Part shown: piece after piece, positions 43,470 through 53,516 of the stretch
Layout: every line of letters begins with the position of its first letter
How positions within the stretch are numbered: the stretch's first letter is position 1
NCBI GenBank assembly: GCA_963782025.1
Contig: CAWAIB010000005.1
Coordinates: 483,919 to 547,918, forward strand
Reading direction: 5' to 3'
DNA length: 64,000 nt
Source: an uncultured Solirubrobacterales bacterium
GTDB taxonomy: Bacteria > Actinomycetota > Thermoleophilia > Solirubrobacterales > Solirubrobacteraceae
Program-made: the position numbers and the translations under genes
Notes under the pieces: generated by a model
Told to the model about the DNA's origin: nothing
Database searches by the model: none
What the model saw: only the letters and a program-made list of their open reading frames with translations

Positions 43470-46445
43470 TCATCCCGGGGCGAGCCCGTGGTGGTGGGCG
43501 TAGGACGCGGCCTCGGTGCGGTTCGCGCAATCGGTCTTGCGCAGGATGCTCCGGATGTGGTTGGCCGCGGTGTGTTCGCTGATCGTCAGCTCTTCGCCGA
43601 TCGCGCGGTTGCTGAGCCCGGTGGCGACCAGCTTCAGGATTTGCGCCTCGCGCGGGGACAGCCCGCCTGGGAGAACACCCTCTGAGGCGGGCACGCCGAG
43701 CAGGCGGATCTTTCCGAGTAGTCCCTCCATGCCGATCTGCTCTGCCAGGCCGGCTGCCTCACCGAGTAGGGCCTGCGCGCGGTCGCGCACACCTGGCCCC
43801 CGTCGAAGCAGGAAGCGCCCGTACTCGTAACCCGTGTGAGCCAGCCAAGTCGACGCTCCCATCCGCTTGTTCTGCTCCATGGCCCGCTCGAAGTGCTCCT
43901 CGGCTAGCCCCGGCTCCCCCAGCGTCGCGGCGAGCATCCCCAGATAGCGATCGGCGGCTCCGTAGCACGCAACCAGGTGACTGATCATCACTGTGGTCCC
44001 CGCAAGCGGCTCCAGCTCGGGATAGACGATCGCCGCCATCGCCTCGTCGCCCAGCGCAGCGCAGGCGTCGGTCAGGTAGGTGAGCGACGCCACCCACAGC
44101 GATGTCTGGAAGCCGTCGATGCCCTCGGCTGCAATCCTCGAGAGCTCTCGCCTCGCCTCGCTCTGCATGCCCAACTCGGCGAGCACGGCGACGAGCCCGG
44201 GATGCCACGGCCCCTCTCGGTCGCCTTGGGCGGCGAGGATCCTTACCACCGGCGCGAGCTCTGCCAGGCGCCCCTGCTCGCGGCGAACACCGAACATCTG
44301 GATGCCGTGGGTGCCCGATGCGTCGGGACCGGTCAGTAGCCGGCCCCAATCGTGCGAGCGGCCCGCCATCGCCTCTGCGTCCGCGAGGTTCCCGTCACAG
44401 AGAGCGATCGCTGACCCGTAGTGCTCGGCTATGTGGTTCATGACCGGCTGCGCTGTGCGCTCGGCCATCTCGCGCAGGACGACGATCTCTGCCCTGGCGG
44501 ACTCGAGGTCGCCTAGCGCGACGAAGGTCGGTACGCGCCAGGCCATCGCCTCCGCGTTGGTCTCGGCGTCCGCCAATTCCTGTGCCAGGTCCCTCGCCTC
44601 GGTTAGCATGGAGAGGATCTCCTCCAGCGGGGTTGTGCCGCGCGCCCAGTAGGAGCGAACCAGCACCTTCGCGAGCCCCGCGCGGTCCTCGTGTCGCCTG
44701 GCCAGCGCGACGGCGTTTTCGCGCACGAGCGCCCCACGCTCGCGTTCCCCCTCGAAGTCGAGCGCTCGCGCGAGTCCCGCCAGCAGGCCGATTCGCAGCT
44801 CCTCGCTCTCCTCATCGACCGCCGCGAGCGCCTCTTCGAGCAGCTCGACCGCATCCCGTATCGCTACCACGGGGCGCCAGGTGGCGTCCTCGTAGCCGAT
44901 CGCCGCTCGGGCGAGCAGCTCGGGGCTGTCCAGCGAACGGGCGATCGCGGCCGCTGATGCGAAGGACTCCAGCGCATCGGTCGCCTTGCCCGCCCGATGG
45001 CTGACCGAGCCGAGCTCGAGCAGGGCGTTGGCGCGCTCGCGCTCGCCCTCGATTCCGATCTCGATTGCCGTGCGCAGCCGCATTGCGGCATCGTCGAAGG
45101 CCAGGGCGGCTCTCGCCGCGCGCGCCGCGCGCAGGTTGTAGTCGATCGCCCGCTCGGCCCCGCCGAACGGGGCGGCCGCGCCGAAGTGATGCGCGAGGTC
45201 CGCGAGGGCGCGGTCCGAGCGCGAGCCGGCGCTCTCCAGGGCTTCCCCGACGCGCAGATGCAGCTCGGCCCGCCGCAACCGCGAGAGCCGGTCATAAAGC
45301 GCCCGTCGCACGATCTCGTGGGTGAAGCGGCAGGCCAGTCGCGGCGAGGAGAGCTCCTCGATCATTCCGCTGCCGATCGCCTCCTCGAGAACGGCGAGCA
45401 GCTCGGACTCGGCAAGACCAGCGGCGCAGCGAACCGGCTCCAACTCGAACTCCGGCCCGGCAACGGCAGCGAGCTCGAGCAGGTCTGTGGTCCTCGGGGC
45501 CAGGCGCGATAGCCGCTGGCTGACCACCTCGCGGACGCTTTCGGGTGTGCCGAGCTCGGTCAGTGGGCGGGTCACCCTGACCTGCCCGGAGGTGACCTCG
45601 ACGATCCCCGTCTCGAGCAGGGCGCGCCAGAGCTCGCAGACGAGAAAGGCGTTGCCCCCGGTGAGATCGCGGATCGTGGTTGCAAGCTCGCGTAGCTCGG
45701 GGTCGGGGTCGCTTCCGGCGGCACGACTGACCAGATCAGCGATCTCCGCCCCAGAGAGCCCTTCCAGACGCATGCGCACAACGTCGTCGGCGCGGCGCAG
45801 GTCGGCAAGCGTCTCTGAGAGCTCTACCGGCACGTCGGCCTCGCTGTCGCGGAAGGTTGCGAGGATCAGCAGGCGGGCGCTCCATGCGGAGCGCGCCAGG
45901 TGGCGCAGGAGCAGAAGCGTCGCCCTGTCCGCCCAATGCCCGTCCTCGAGTACAAGCAGTATCGGTCTTCCGCGGCTGACGTTCGCGAGCAGGTCGGCAA
46001 CCGACGTGTGGAGGCGATGACGCTCGGTATCGGGGTCGGCCTCAACCGGCCTCGGCAGCTCACCGACCTGGGCGGGCAGATCGGGCAGCAGCCGGGTCAG
46101 CTCGCCGCCGCCTGCACCGAGCGCGGCGCGCAGCTCCGCCACCTCGGTTACGCGCACTAGGCGTTCGAGTGCCTCGACGAAAGGCCCGTAGGGCGTGCGC
46201 ACCACTGCGTCGCAGGCACCGTAGAGAACAAGCGCCCCTTCGATTGCGGCCTGGCTGGCGAACTCGCGCGCTAGGCGGCTCTTACCGGCGCCCGGCTCAC
46301 CCGCGAGCAGCACCATGCGGCGCCGCTCGCCCTTGGCTCGCGGCATCAGCGTCCGGAGCTTCTCCAGCTCGCCCGCGCGCCCGACGAACGGGGAACTCGA
46401 GGTCGGGCGAAGCGGGCCCGGAAGGTCCAGGATCTCGGCGTCCAT
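43470..46445 (-). CDS. LuxR-family STAND regulator (AAA ATPase - TPR-like - LuxR HTH)
   Basis: Walker A LLAGEPGAGKSRLA, Walker B ILLVLEDGHWAD, C-terminal LSPREAQILKLVATGLSNRAIGEELTISEHTAANHIRSILRKT. Confidence 0.9.
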   Translation of the reverse strand: MDAEILDLPGPLRPTSSSPFVGRAGELEKLRTLMPRAKGERRRMVLLAGEPGAGKSRLAREFASQAAIEGALVLYGACDAVVRTPYGPFVEALERLVRVTEVAELRAALGAGGGELTRLLPDLPAQVGELPRPVEADPDTERHRLHTSVADLLANVSRGRPILLVLEDGHWADRATLLLLRHLARSAWSARLLILATFRDSEADVPVELSETLADLRRADDVVRMRLEGLSGAEIADLVSRAAGSDPDPELRELATTIRDLTGGNAFLVCELWRALLETGIVEVTSGQVRVTRPLTELGTPESVREVVSQRLSRLAPRTTDLLELAAVAGPEFELEPVRCAAGLAESELLAVLEEAIGSGMIEELSSPRLACRFTHEIVRRALYDRLSRLRRAELHLRVGEALESAGSRSDRALADLAHHFGAAAPFGGAERAIDYNLRAARAARAALAFDDAAMRLRTAIEIGIEGERERANALLELGSVSHRAGKATDALESFASAAAIARSLDSPELLARAAIGYEDATWRPVVAIRDAVELLEEALAAVDEESEELRIGLLAGLARALDFEGERERGALVRENAVALARRHEDRAGLAKVLVRSYWARGTTPLEEILSMLTEARDLAQELADAETNAEAMAWRVPTFVALGDLESARAEIVVLREMAERTAQPVMNHIAEHYGSAIALCDGNLADAEAMAGRSHDWGRLLTGPDASGTHGIQMFGVRREQGRLAELAPVVRILAAQGDREGPWHPGLVAVLAELGMQSEARRELSRIAAEGIDGFQTSLWVASLTYLTDACAALGDEAMAAIVYPELEPLAGTTVMISHLVACYGAADRYLGMLAATLGEPGLAEEHFERAMEQNKRMGASTWLAHTGYEYGRFLLRRGPGVRDRAQALLGEAAGLAEQIGMEGLLGKIRLLGVPASEGVLPGGLSPREAQILKLVATGLSNRAIGEELTISEHTAANHIRSILRKTDCANRTEAASYAHHHGLAPG

Positions 46446-46594
46446 GCAAAGACCCTAGTCAGTCTTGACCATGCCGGCTGGGATCGATGGAGGTCGGCGG
46501 CACTCGAATTGGATCAGGTCAGGTCATCACAGAGAGATACGACTGCCCTAGGTTCGACCGAGACGAGTTGAGACGACCGGCCAGAGAGGAACGC

Positions 46595-47989
46595 ATGAGC
46601 ACCACCAACGCTTTGATACAGACGGCCCGCAGCGGGATGCCTGGATTCCAGGGACGGCTTACAGCCCCCGAGGACCCCGGCTACGACGACGCTCGCAAGG
46701 TCTACAACGCGATGATCGATCGGCGGCCTGCCCTGATCGCAGCTTGCGCTGACTCCGGCGACGTCGCGAAGGTCGTCTCGTTCGCCGCTGACCACGAGCT
46801 TTTGCTGGCCGTGCGCGGCGGCGGCCATAACGGCGCCGGGCTGGGAACGTGCGACGACGGCGTGGTGCTCGACCTCTCGGGCCTGAAGGGAGTCGCAGTC
46901 GACCCCGGCGCTCGGACGGCGAGGGTCGGCGGCGGCTGCACCTGGGGCGAAGTGGACGCCGCTACCAACGCGCACGGCCTGGCCACGCCGAGCGGAATCA
47001 TCTCGACCACCGGCGTCGGCGGTCTCACGCTGGGTGGCGGCCTCGGGCACCTGACTCGCAAGTGCGGCCTCACTATCGACAACCTGCTCGAGGCAGACGT
47101 CGTGCTCGCCAGCGGCGAGACGGTTCGTGCCGCCGCCGATGAGAACCCCGACCTGTTCTGGGCGATCCGCGGCGGCGGCGGCAACTTCGGCGTCATCACC
47201 TCCTTCCTCTTCAGGCTGCACGAGGTCGGAACCGTCGTCGCCGGCCCGACGTTCTGGCCGGTCGAGCTGGGCGCGGAGGTGCTGGCGGCGTACCGAGACT
47301 TCCTACCAAACGCTCCACGCGAGCTGAACGGCTTCTTCGCCTTCCTATCGGTCCCGCCGGAGCCCCCTTACCCCGAGGAGCTCCATCTGCGCAAGGTCTG
47401 CGGGGTCGTCTGGTGCTATGTCGGCGGCCCCGAGGACGCCGCGGCGGCGATGGCCCCGTTGCTGGATGCGTTGCCGGAGCCCTTGTTGCATGGGCCACAG
47501 CCTATGCCCCACGCCGCGTTCCAGGGCGCCTTTGACTCTGTTTACCCCGCTGGCGACCAGTGGTACTGGCGCGCCGATTTCGTCAAGGAGATCCCCGACG
47601 CCGCGGTGGAGGCACACGCCAAGTTCGGCGCTGAGATGCCGACGTGGCAGTCGACGATGCACCTGTACCCGATCGACGGAGCCGCCCACGACGTCGGCCC
47701 CTCCGAGACCCCGTGGAGCTACCGCGACGCGGTCTGGGGCTCGGTCTTCGCCGGTGTCGATCACGACCCCGCCAACGCGGAGGTCATCCGCCGCTGGTGC
47801 GTGGACTACTTCGAGGCGCTCCACCCCTACTCCGCCGGCGGCGCCTATGTGAACATGATGATGGACGAGGGCCAGGAGCGAGTACGGGCGAGCTACCGCG
47901 AGAACTACGATCGCCTGGCGCGGATCAAGGGCACCTACGACCCGGACAACCTCTTCCGGGTGAACCAGAACATCCAGCCGCAGGCATAG
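46595..47989 (+). CDS. FAD-binding oxidoreductase (PCMH-type FAD domain + BBE domain)
   Basis: LLLAVRGGGHNGAG, GGGCTWGEVD, IRGGGGNFGVITSF, C-terminal YDPDNLFRVNQNI. GAGAGGAA precedes ATG 46595. Confidence 0.88.
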   Translation: MSTTNALIQTARSGMPGFQGRLTAPEDPGYDDARKVYNAMIDRRPALIAACADSGDVAKVVSFAADHELLLAVRGGGHNGAGLGTCDDGVVLDLSGLKGVAVDPGARTARVGGGCTWGEVDAATNAHGLATPSGIISTTGVGGLTLGGGLGHLTRKCGLTIDNLLEADVVLASGETVRAAADENPDLFWAIRGGGGNFGVITSFLFRLHEVGTVVAGPTFWPVELGAEVLAAYRDFLPNAPRELNGFFAFLSVPPEPPYPEELHLRKVCGVVWCYVGGPEDAAAAMAPLLDALPEPLLHGPQPMPHAAFQGAFDSVYPAGDQWYWRADFVKEIPDAAVEAHAKFGAEMPTWQSTMHLYPIDGAAHDVGPSETPWSYRDAVWGSVFAGVDHDPANAEVIRRWCVDYFEALHPYSAGGAYVNMMMDEGQERVRASYRENYDRLARIKGTYDPDNLFRVNQNIQPQA

Positions 47990-48004
47990 GGGTTGGTGCG
48001 GCCA

Positions 48005-49378
48005 ATGGAGCAATTTGATGTGATCGTGGTCGGGGCGCGCTGTGCGGGGTCGCCGCTGGCGGCGTTGCTCGCCCGGTCCGGCGTGCGCGTTGCTGTGGTG
48101 GAGCAAGCCACATTTCCACGCGACACCCTCTCGACACACTTCATTCACGCGCAGGCGCTGGCGTTCCTTGACCGCCTGGGAGTGATGGAGAAGATCCGCG
48201 CGACCGGTGCGCCACTCGTCGGCCACTTTGACGTGCGCCAGGAGGACCTCGAGTTTGTCACCCCGATTCCCCAGCGCCCAGGGGACGTCGGCGGTGCGGC
48301 GTCGGTGCGGCGCACTCTCCTCGATTCGATCCTGGCGCAGGCCGCCGCGGAGGCGGGCGCCGATGTGCGTATGGCCAGCAAGGTGACGGGCCTAGTGGAG
48401 GACCGCGGTCGGGTTGCCGGCGTGCGGGTCACACACAACGGCTCGGAGATGACCCTGCAGGCGCGGCTGGTGGTCGGTGCCGACGGTCGCAACTCCACGA
48501 TCGCGAACCTCGTCGAGGCTCAAAAGTACAACCTCACCCCGAACGAGCGCTTCGCCTACTGGTCATTCTTCGAGGGTGCCAATCCGGGCCCAGATCCCGC
48601 GTTCGTCCATCATCGCTGGGGCGAGCGACTGGTGTTCGCGACGCCGGCCGACAGCGGGCTCTATCAGGCCGGTGTCATGGCCGATCTGAGTGAGCTCCCT
48701 CGTTTCCGGGAAGACCTGGAGGGCAGCTTCACGGAGTACATATACAGCGCTCGGCCGGTCGCGCAGGCGCTCGAGGGCGCGCGCCGCGTGGGAAAGCTCT
48801 TCGGGATGCTGCGCTGGGAGGGATTCTTCCGAGAGGCCTGTGGCCCTGGGTGGGTGCTGGCTGGGGACGCCGGCCACTTCAAGGATCCGACGCCCGGCCA
48901 GGGAATCCAGGACGCGTTCCGGCAGGTCGACGCGCTCGCGCCGACGATCGCCGGCGCCCTGGATGGCTCGGCGGAGGACATGGACACCGCGCTGGCGGAC
49001 TGGGGTCGCTGGCGCGACAGGGATGCCGCCGGGCACCACTGGCTCGCGACCGATATGGGCAAGGCCGGGGCGGTACCCGCCGTGCTGCCCGAGATGCAGA
49101 GGCGGCTGCTCGGGCAGGGCAAGATCGACATCGTCATCGATCTGTTCACCCACCGCTCAAGGCCCTCGCAGGTCATAACGCCACAGCGCCTGCTGGGCGC
49201 CACCGGCCGTCTGCTCGTGCGACCGGGATGTGAACGACGGAACCTGCTGCGCGAGGTCGGCGCGCTGATCAGGACGGATATCCACAGAAAGCGTCTCAAC
49301 AGGCGCCCTGCATACGTGGCGGTCGCTGCCTGCACCGACGCGGGCCCAACAGAGGTGCAAGACAGCGCGATGCGCTGA
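48005..49378 (+). CDS. FAD-dependent monooxygenase / NAD(P)/FAD-dependent oxidoreductase
   Basis: FDVIVVGARCAGSPLAALLA (GxGxxG), VVGADGRNST, LAGDAGHFKDPTPGQGIQDA. Confidence 0.85.
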   Translation: MEQFDVIVVGARCAGSPLAALLARSGVRVAVVEQATFPRDTLSTHFIHAQALAFLDRLGVMEKIRATGAPLVGHFDVRQEDLEFVTPIPQRPGDVGGAASVRRTLLDSILAQAAAEAGADVRMASKVTGLVEDRGRVAGVRVTHNGSEMTLQARLVVGADGRNSTIANLVEAQKYNLTPNERFAYWSFFEGANPGPDPAFVHHRWGERLVFATPADSGLYQAGVMADLSELPRFREDLEGSFTEYIYSARPVAQALEGARRVGKLFGMLRWEGFFREACGPGWVLAGDAGHFKDPTPGQGIQDAFRQVDALAPTIAGALDGSAEDMDTALADWGRWRDRDAAGHHWLATDMGKAGAVPAVLPEMQRRLLGQGKIDIVIDLFTHRSRPSQVITPQRLLGATGRLLVRPGCERRNLLREVGALIRTDIHRKRLNRRPAYVAVAACTDAGPTEVQDSAMR

Positions 49379-49398
49379 CGCTCGGCGGCCCGATCACG

Positions 49399-50205
49399 AT
49401 GCCCCTCTACATGGACCGCCACGATCTCCCGGACGCGACCGCTGCGGACGTCTCAGCTGCCCACATGCGCGATCTCGAGGTTCAGGACGGATTCGGCGTG
49501 CGCTTCGTCACCTACTGGTTCGAAGAGGGGGCGGGGAGTGGCTTTTGCCTGGTCGAGGGCCCGGACGAGGAGGCCGTTGAGGCCGCCCATCGGGCAGCCC
49601 ATGGGTTGGTTCCATCGAATGTCATTGAGGTTGATCAGGCTGTGGTGCGTGGCTTTTTCGGCCGGCTCAATACCCATCCTCCTGGCGAGCCATACACAGA
49701 AAGCGCGTTCCGGGCCATCCTCTTCACCGACATGGTCAACTCCACTCGTCTGACCCAGCAATTGGGAGACCGTGCAGCGATGAGGTTTCTACGGGCACAC
49801 GACTCAGTCGTGCGCGCCGCCCTGGCACGCTTCGGGGGTAGCGAGATCAAGCACACCGGCGACGGGATCATGGCTGCGTTCACCTCGGCCTTCCAGGCGG
49901 TCTCCGCGGCGATGCAAATCCAGCGCACACTCCACGAGCGTGACGACGATGCTGACGGGCACCTGCACGTGTGTGTCGGGGTGGCGGCCGGGGAGCCCGT
50001 CACCGAGCAAAACGATCTCTTTGGCGCAGCAGTGCAACAGGCCGCGCGGTTGTGCGCGTGGGCTCAGCCGGATTGCATCGTCGTTTCCTCCGGGGTGCAG
50101 GATCTCTGTCGCGGCAAGGGCATCCGGTTTTCTGACGGCGGGCCCATCGACGTGAAGGGCTTCGACGAGCCCATCGGGCACTTCGAGGTCGAGTGGCGCG
50201 ATTGA
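49399..50205 (+). CDS. DUF4242 (SCO4226-like) domain fused to class III adenylate/guanylate cyclase
   Basis: N-terminus MPLYMDRHDLPDATAADVSAAHMRDLEVQDGFGVRFVTYWFEEGAGSGFCLVEGPDEEAVEAAHRAAHGL. Cyclase strings RAILFTDMVNST, KHTGDGIMAAF, VGVAAGEPV, LFGAAVQQAARL. Confidence 0.85.
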   Translation: MPLYMDRHDLPDATAADVSAAHMRDLEVQDGFGVRFVTYWFEEGAGSGFCLVEGPDEEAVEAAHRAAHGLVPSNVIEVDQAVVRGFFGRLNTHPPGEPYTESAFRAILFTDMVNSTRLTQQLGDRAAMRFLRAHDSVVRAALARFGGSEIKHTGDGIMAAFTSAFQAVSAAMQIQRTLHERDDDADGHLHVCVGVAAGEPVTEQNDLFGAAVQQAARLCAWAQPDCIVVSSGVQDLCRGKGIRFSDGGPIDVKGFDEPIGHFEVEWRD

Positions 50206-50268
50206 GCGCCGGCGCTTCGCGTCCGGCGAAGAGCCATGAACAGCATCCACACACGAAAAGGAGCCACC

Positions 50269-50640
50269 ATGAAGGCCATCACGCTTGAGGAGTTGCCAAT
50301 CGCAATCGAAGACGGTGACGTTCAGGTCCGCCTCCGCGACGAGGACGGTCTCTCCGTCGGGTTCGTGCGGCTGCCCGCCGGCGCCGACCTGCGCCCTGCC
50401 ACGAAGGGCCTCCCAGACGATCTCTGCCCGTGTCCGCATTGGGGATACATGATCAAGGGCCGTGTGCGGATGCACACACTGGACGGGCATCAGGACTTCG
50501 CCGCGGGCGAAGCGTTCTACTGGGCTCCCGGCCATGCTCCCGAGGCGCTCGAAGATTCTGAGTACGTCGACTTCTCACCGACCGAGCAGTTCACGCCAGT
50601 GATCGAGCACATCACATCCGGAGCGGGTGCCTCCGCGTGA
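50269..50640 (+). CDS. cupin-domain protein
   Basis: MKAITLEELP...GFVRLPAGADL...HWGYMIKGRVRMHTLDG...EAFYWAPGH. AAAGGAG 6 nt upstream of ATG 50269. Confidence 0.7.
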   Translation: MKAITLEELPIAIEDGDVQVRLRDEDGLSVGFVRLPAGADLRPATKGLPDDLCPCPHWGYMIKGRVRMHTLDGHQDFAAGEAFYWAPGHAPEALEDSEYVDFSPTEQFTPVIEHITSGAGASA

Positions 50641-50695
50641 CAAGGACGCCGGCAACGGCAGTATCCAGATCATCGTGCCAGTTGATCCCTTCGGA

Positions 50696-50985
50696 GTAGT
50701 TTTCCTGATCAAGCTGCTCGCTCTGGAGTCCGAGCGCCGCCTCCACGTCGAGCAGGCGGCCGAGCTGCTGTGGGCGGGGCGGGACCCGGACTCCGCCCGC
50801 AACAACCTGCATCAGGCGATCTTCGCGGCCCGGCGCGCGCTCGACTCGATCGGGCTGGACGGCAGCCGCTACCTGGAGCTGCGCGAAGAACTGATCCTGC
50901 TCAGCCCCGAGGACCCGGTCCGGATCGACGCCGTCGCCTTCGAACAGCTCGCCGCCGCGGCGCGCAAGCAGGGCGAGCCCGGCGG
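50696..50985 (+). pseudogene. N-terminal fragment of a SARP/BTAD regulator (diverged paralog of 25065..28394)
   Basis: LIKLLALESERRLHVEQAAELLWAGRDPDSARNNLHQAIFAARRALDSIGLDG...PEDPVRIDAVAFEQ aligns with residues ~40-130 of the 25065 protein. It then joins directly to the sequence found downstream of that gene (GCGGCCATAAGACATTGC). Confidence 0.75.
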
Positions 50986-51087
50986 CCATAAGACATTGCA
51001 AAGTCGTCGTTAAGAGGTGGACCGTAGCCTCGCTGAGTGTCGTTGAGGCGCGATGTCAGACAACCAAACTGAGGAGGAGGCCGGCGC

Positions 51088-52485
51088 ATGGCTACGCAAG
51101 GGGTGCTTGGGGCGGCGACGTTGAAGGAGTTCGAGGACGGGTTGCACGGAGAGCTGATCCGGCCCGGCGATGGCGTTTATGACGAGGCTCGTGCGATCTG
51201 GAACGGCGCCCATGACGCTCGCCCGGCGGTGATCGCCCGCTGCGCCGATTCCTCCGACGTGCGCCACGCGATCGGTTTCGCGCGCAGCGAGGGACTTGAC
51301 GTCGCGGTGCGTGGCGGCAGTCACAGCATTCCCGGCTTCTCGACGGTCGATGACGGCATCGTTATCGACCTCTCGCCGATGAAGGGCGTCACGGTGGATG
51401 TGGCCGCTCGCACCGCCAGGGCCGAGGGTGGCGTCACCTGGGGGGAGTTCGACGCCGTCACCCAGGAGCACGGCCTTGCCACCACCGGGGGCCTGGTCTC
51501 GACCACCGGCGTCGCCGGCTTCACGTTGGGCGGCGGGATCGGCTGGCTGATGCGCAAGCATGGTCTGGCCTGCGACAACCTGCGCTCGGCCGAGGTCATC
51601 ACCGCCGACGGGCAGATCCTGACCGCGAGCGCGACGGAGAACCCCGATCTCTTCTGGGGCCTGCGCGGCGGCGGAGGTAATTTCGGCGTCGTCACCTCCT
51701 TCGAGTTCGACCTGCACCCGGTTGGCCCGACCGTGGCCGCCGGCCCGGTCTGGTATCCGGGCGACCGCGCCGTGGAGATCATGCGTTTCTACCGGGAGTT
51801 CACGCGTGAGGTGCCGGATGAGCTGAGCACCCTGGTCAACCTGATCACCGGGCCACCCGCTCCGTTCATTCCTGAGGACTGGCACGGCAAGAAGCTGATC
51901 GCCCTCGTCGGCTGCTACTCCGGTGACCCCGAGGAGGGGATGAAGGTGCTGCAGCCGCTCCGCGACCTGGGTGACGCGGTCGCGGACCTGGTCAGCCCGA
52001 TGCCCTACGTGCAGATGGAGAGCCTGCTCGATGCGCTCTGGCCGAAGGGCACCCAGGCCTACATGAAGGCGGGCTACTTCCGCGAGCTCGACGATCACGC
52101 GATCGAGACGATGGCCCGCTTCCATCAGAACGCGACGTCCCCGGCCTCGGAGATCCACATCCAGCAGTTCGGTGGCGCGATCGCCCGTGTCGGCGAGGAG
52201 GAGACTGCCCAGGGCGAGCGCCAGGCGCCGTTCGTGCTCAACGCGATCGCCGCCACCCATGAGCCGACCGGCCTGGAGACCCACATCGATTGGGCGCAGC
52301 GGCTCTATGCCGAGATCGAGCCGTCGCTGACCGGTGGCGCCTACATCAACTTCCTCTCCTCCGAGGGCGAGGATCGGGTCAAGGCGGCCTACGGGACCGA
52401 GAAGTTCGCCCGCCTCCGAGCGCTCAAGGACCGCTACGACCCCACCAACCTGTTCCACCTGAACCAGAACATCCCACCATCATGA
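51088..52485 (+). CDS. FAD-binding oxidoreductase (BBE-type), intact copy
   Basis: 465-aa ORF. DVAVRGGSHSIPG, LRGGGGNFGVVTSF, YDPTNLFHLNQNI. GAGGAGGAGG upstream of the start. Confidence 0.9.
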   Translation: MATQGVLGAATLKEFEDGLHGELIRPGDGVYDEARAIWNGAHDARPAVIARCADSSDVRHAIGFARSEGLDVAVRGGSHSIPGFSTVDDGIVIDLSPMKGVTVDVAARTARAEGGVTWGEFDAVTQEHGLATTGGLVSTTGVAGFTLGGGIGWLMRKHGLACDNLRSAEVITADGQILTASATENPDLFWGLRGGGGNFGVVTSFEFDLHPVGPTVAAGPVWYPGDRAVEIMRFYREFTREVPDELSTLVNLITGPPAPFIPEDWHGKKLIALVGCYSGDPEEGMKVLQPLRDLGDAVADLVSPMPYVQMESLLDALWPKGTQAYMKAGYFRELDDHAIETMARFHQNATSPASEIHIQQFGGAIARVGEEETAQGERQAPFVLNAIAATHEPTGLETHIDWAQRLYAEIEPSLTGGAYINFLSSEGEDRVKAAYGTEKFARLRALKDRYDPTNLFHLNQNIPPS

Positions 52486-53402
52486 TCGCGGCGGTGAGGG
52501 TCGAGGAGATGACGTTCCGCTCTGAGGGCGTGGACTGTGCGGCCCGGGTCTACCGGCCGGACGTTGCGCCTGGGGAGGCCACACCGTGCGTCGTGATGGC
52601 TAATGGTTTCAGCCTCACACAAGACGACGGTCTGCCGGCGTTTGCGGAGCGGTTCGCGGGCGAGGGGATCACCGCACTCACCTTCGACTTCCGCCACCTC
52701 GGCAGGAGCGATGGCGAGCCGAGGCAGGTCATGGACCCAAACCGCCAGCAAGCCGACTTCGTAGCAGCCGTGTCGTTCGCTCGACAGCTCGAAGGTATCG
52801 ACGCTGATGCCATGGCTGTGTGGGGCTTCTCAGGCGGCGGCGGTCTCGCGATTAACGTTGCGGCTCATGACCATAGGATCGCCGCTGCTATTGCCATGAA
52901 TCCGGCGACGGACACGATCGCGCTCTTCCGGACAATGCCGATCCGCACTTTGCACGCGGTGAACGTTGCTATTTTGCGCAACATGTTTGGCAGAGCGCGG
53001 GTTCACATTCCGGTTGCGGCGCCTCCAGGCTCCATAGCCTGGTTCACGCAGCCCGAGGCGCTCCCCGGTTTCGAGGCCATCCGTGGCGATCGCTCCCTCT
53101 GGCGCAACGAGTACTTGCCACTTTCGTTTGCGGGGGCCACCAGCTTCCGACCGGTCCGGGTGGCCCACCGTGTGCAATGCCCGCTGTTCGTCGGTATTGG
53201 TGAACAGGATCACGTGATTCCGCGTAAGGCGGCTGAACGGACCGCCGAACGTGCCCCGCGCGGTGAGCGGCGCGACTACCCGATCGATCATTTCGGCGCT
53301 TTCCTGGGTGAGGGTTTCGAGCGTGTGGTGGCAGACCAGATCGAGTTTCTCTCACGTCACCTGCTCGCTGCGCAAACACCCAGCCCGCGCGCGATCAGCT
53401 AA
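52482..53402 (+). CDS. alpha/beta hydrolase
   Basis: Start MIAAVRVEEMTFRSEG at an ATGA overlap with the oxidase stop. VVMANGFSLTQDD, VWGFSGGGG (GxSxG). The track start 52290 is an in-frame over-extension inside the oxidase gene. Confidence 0.8.
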   Translation: MIAAVRVEEMTFRSEGVDCAARVYRPDVAPGEATPCVVMANGFSLTQDDGLPAFAERFAGEGITALTFDFRHLGRSDGEPRQVMDPNRQQADFVAAVSFARQLEGIDADAMAVWGFSGGGGLAINVAAHDHRIAAAIAMNPATDTIALFRTMPIRTLHAVNVAILRNMFGRARVHIPVAAPPGSIAWFTQPEALPGFEAIRGDRSLWRNEYLPLSFAGATSFRPVRVAHRVQCPLFVGIGEQDHVIPRKAAERTAERAPRGERRDYPIDHFGAFLGEGFERVVADQIEFLSRHLLAAQTPSPRAIS

Positions 53403-53516
53403 ACGTGCCACAAGGTGAAGGCTTGTTTCCGGTAGGCTCCGACTCGATGGTCACGGTCATCGAAGCTCCTCTGTGCGCGCCTTGCGGTGCTGTCATCCCA
53501 TGAGGGGAGGCGGCTG

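Noticed and set aside
52290-52481. Upstream start of the hydrolase ORF
   Set aside because: The extension lies inside the oxidase gene in another frame. ATG 52482 overlaps the oxidase stop (ATGA), and the truncated copy at 29479 begins at the same place.
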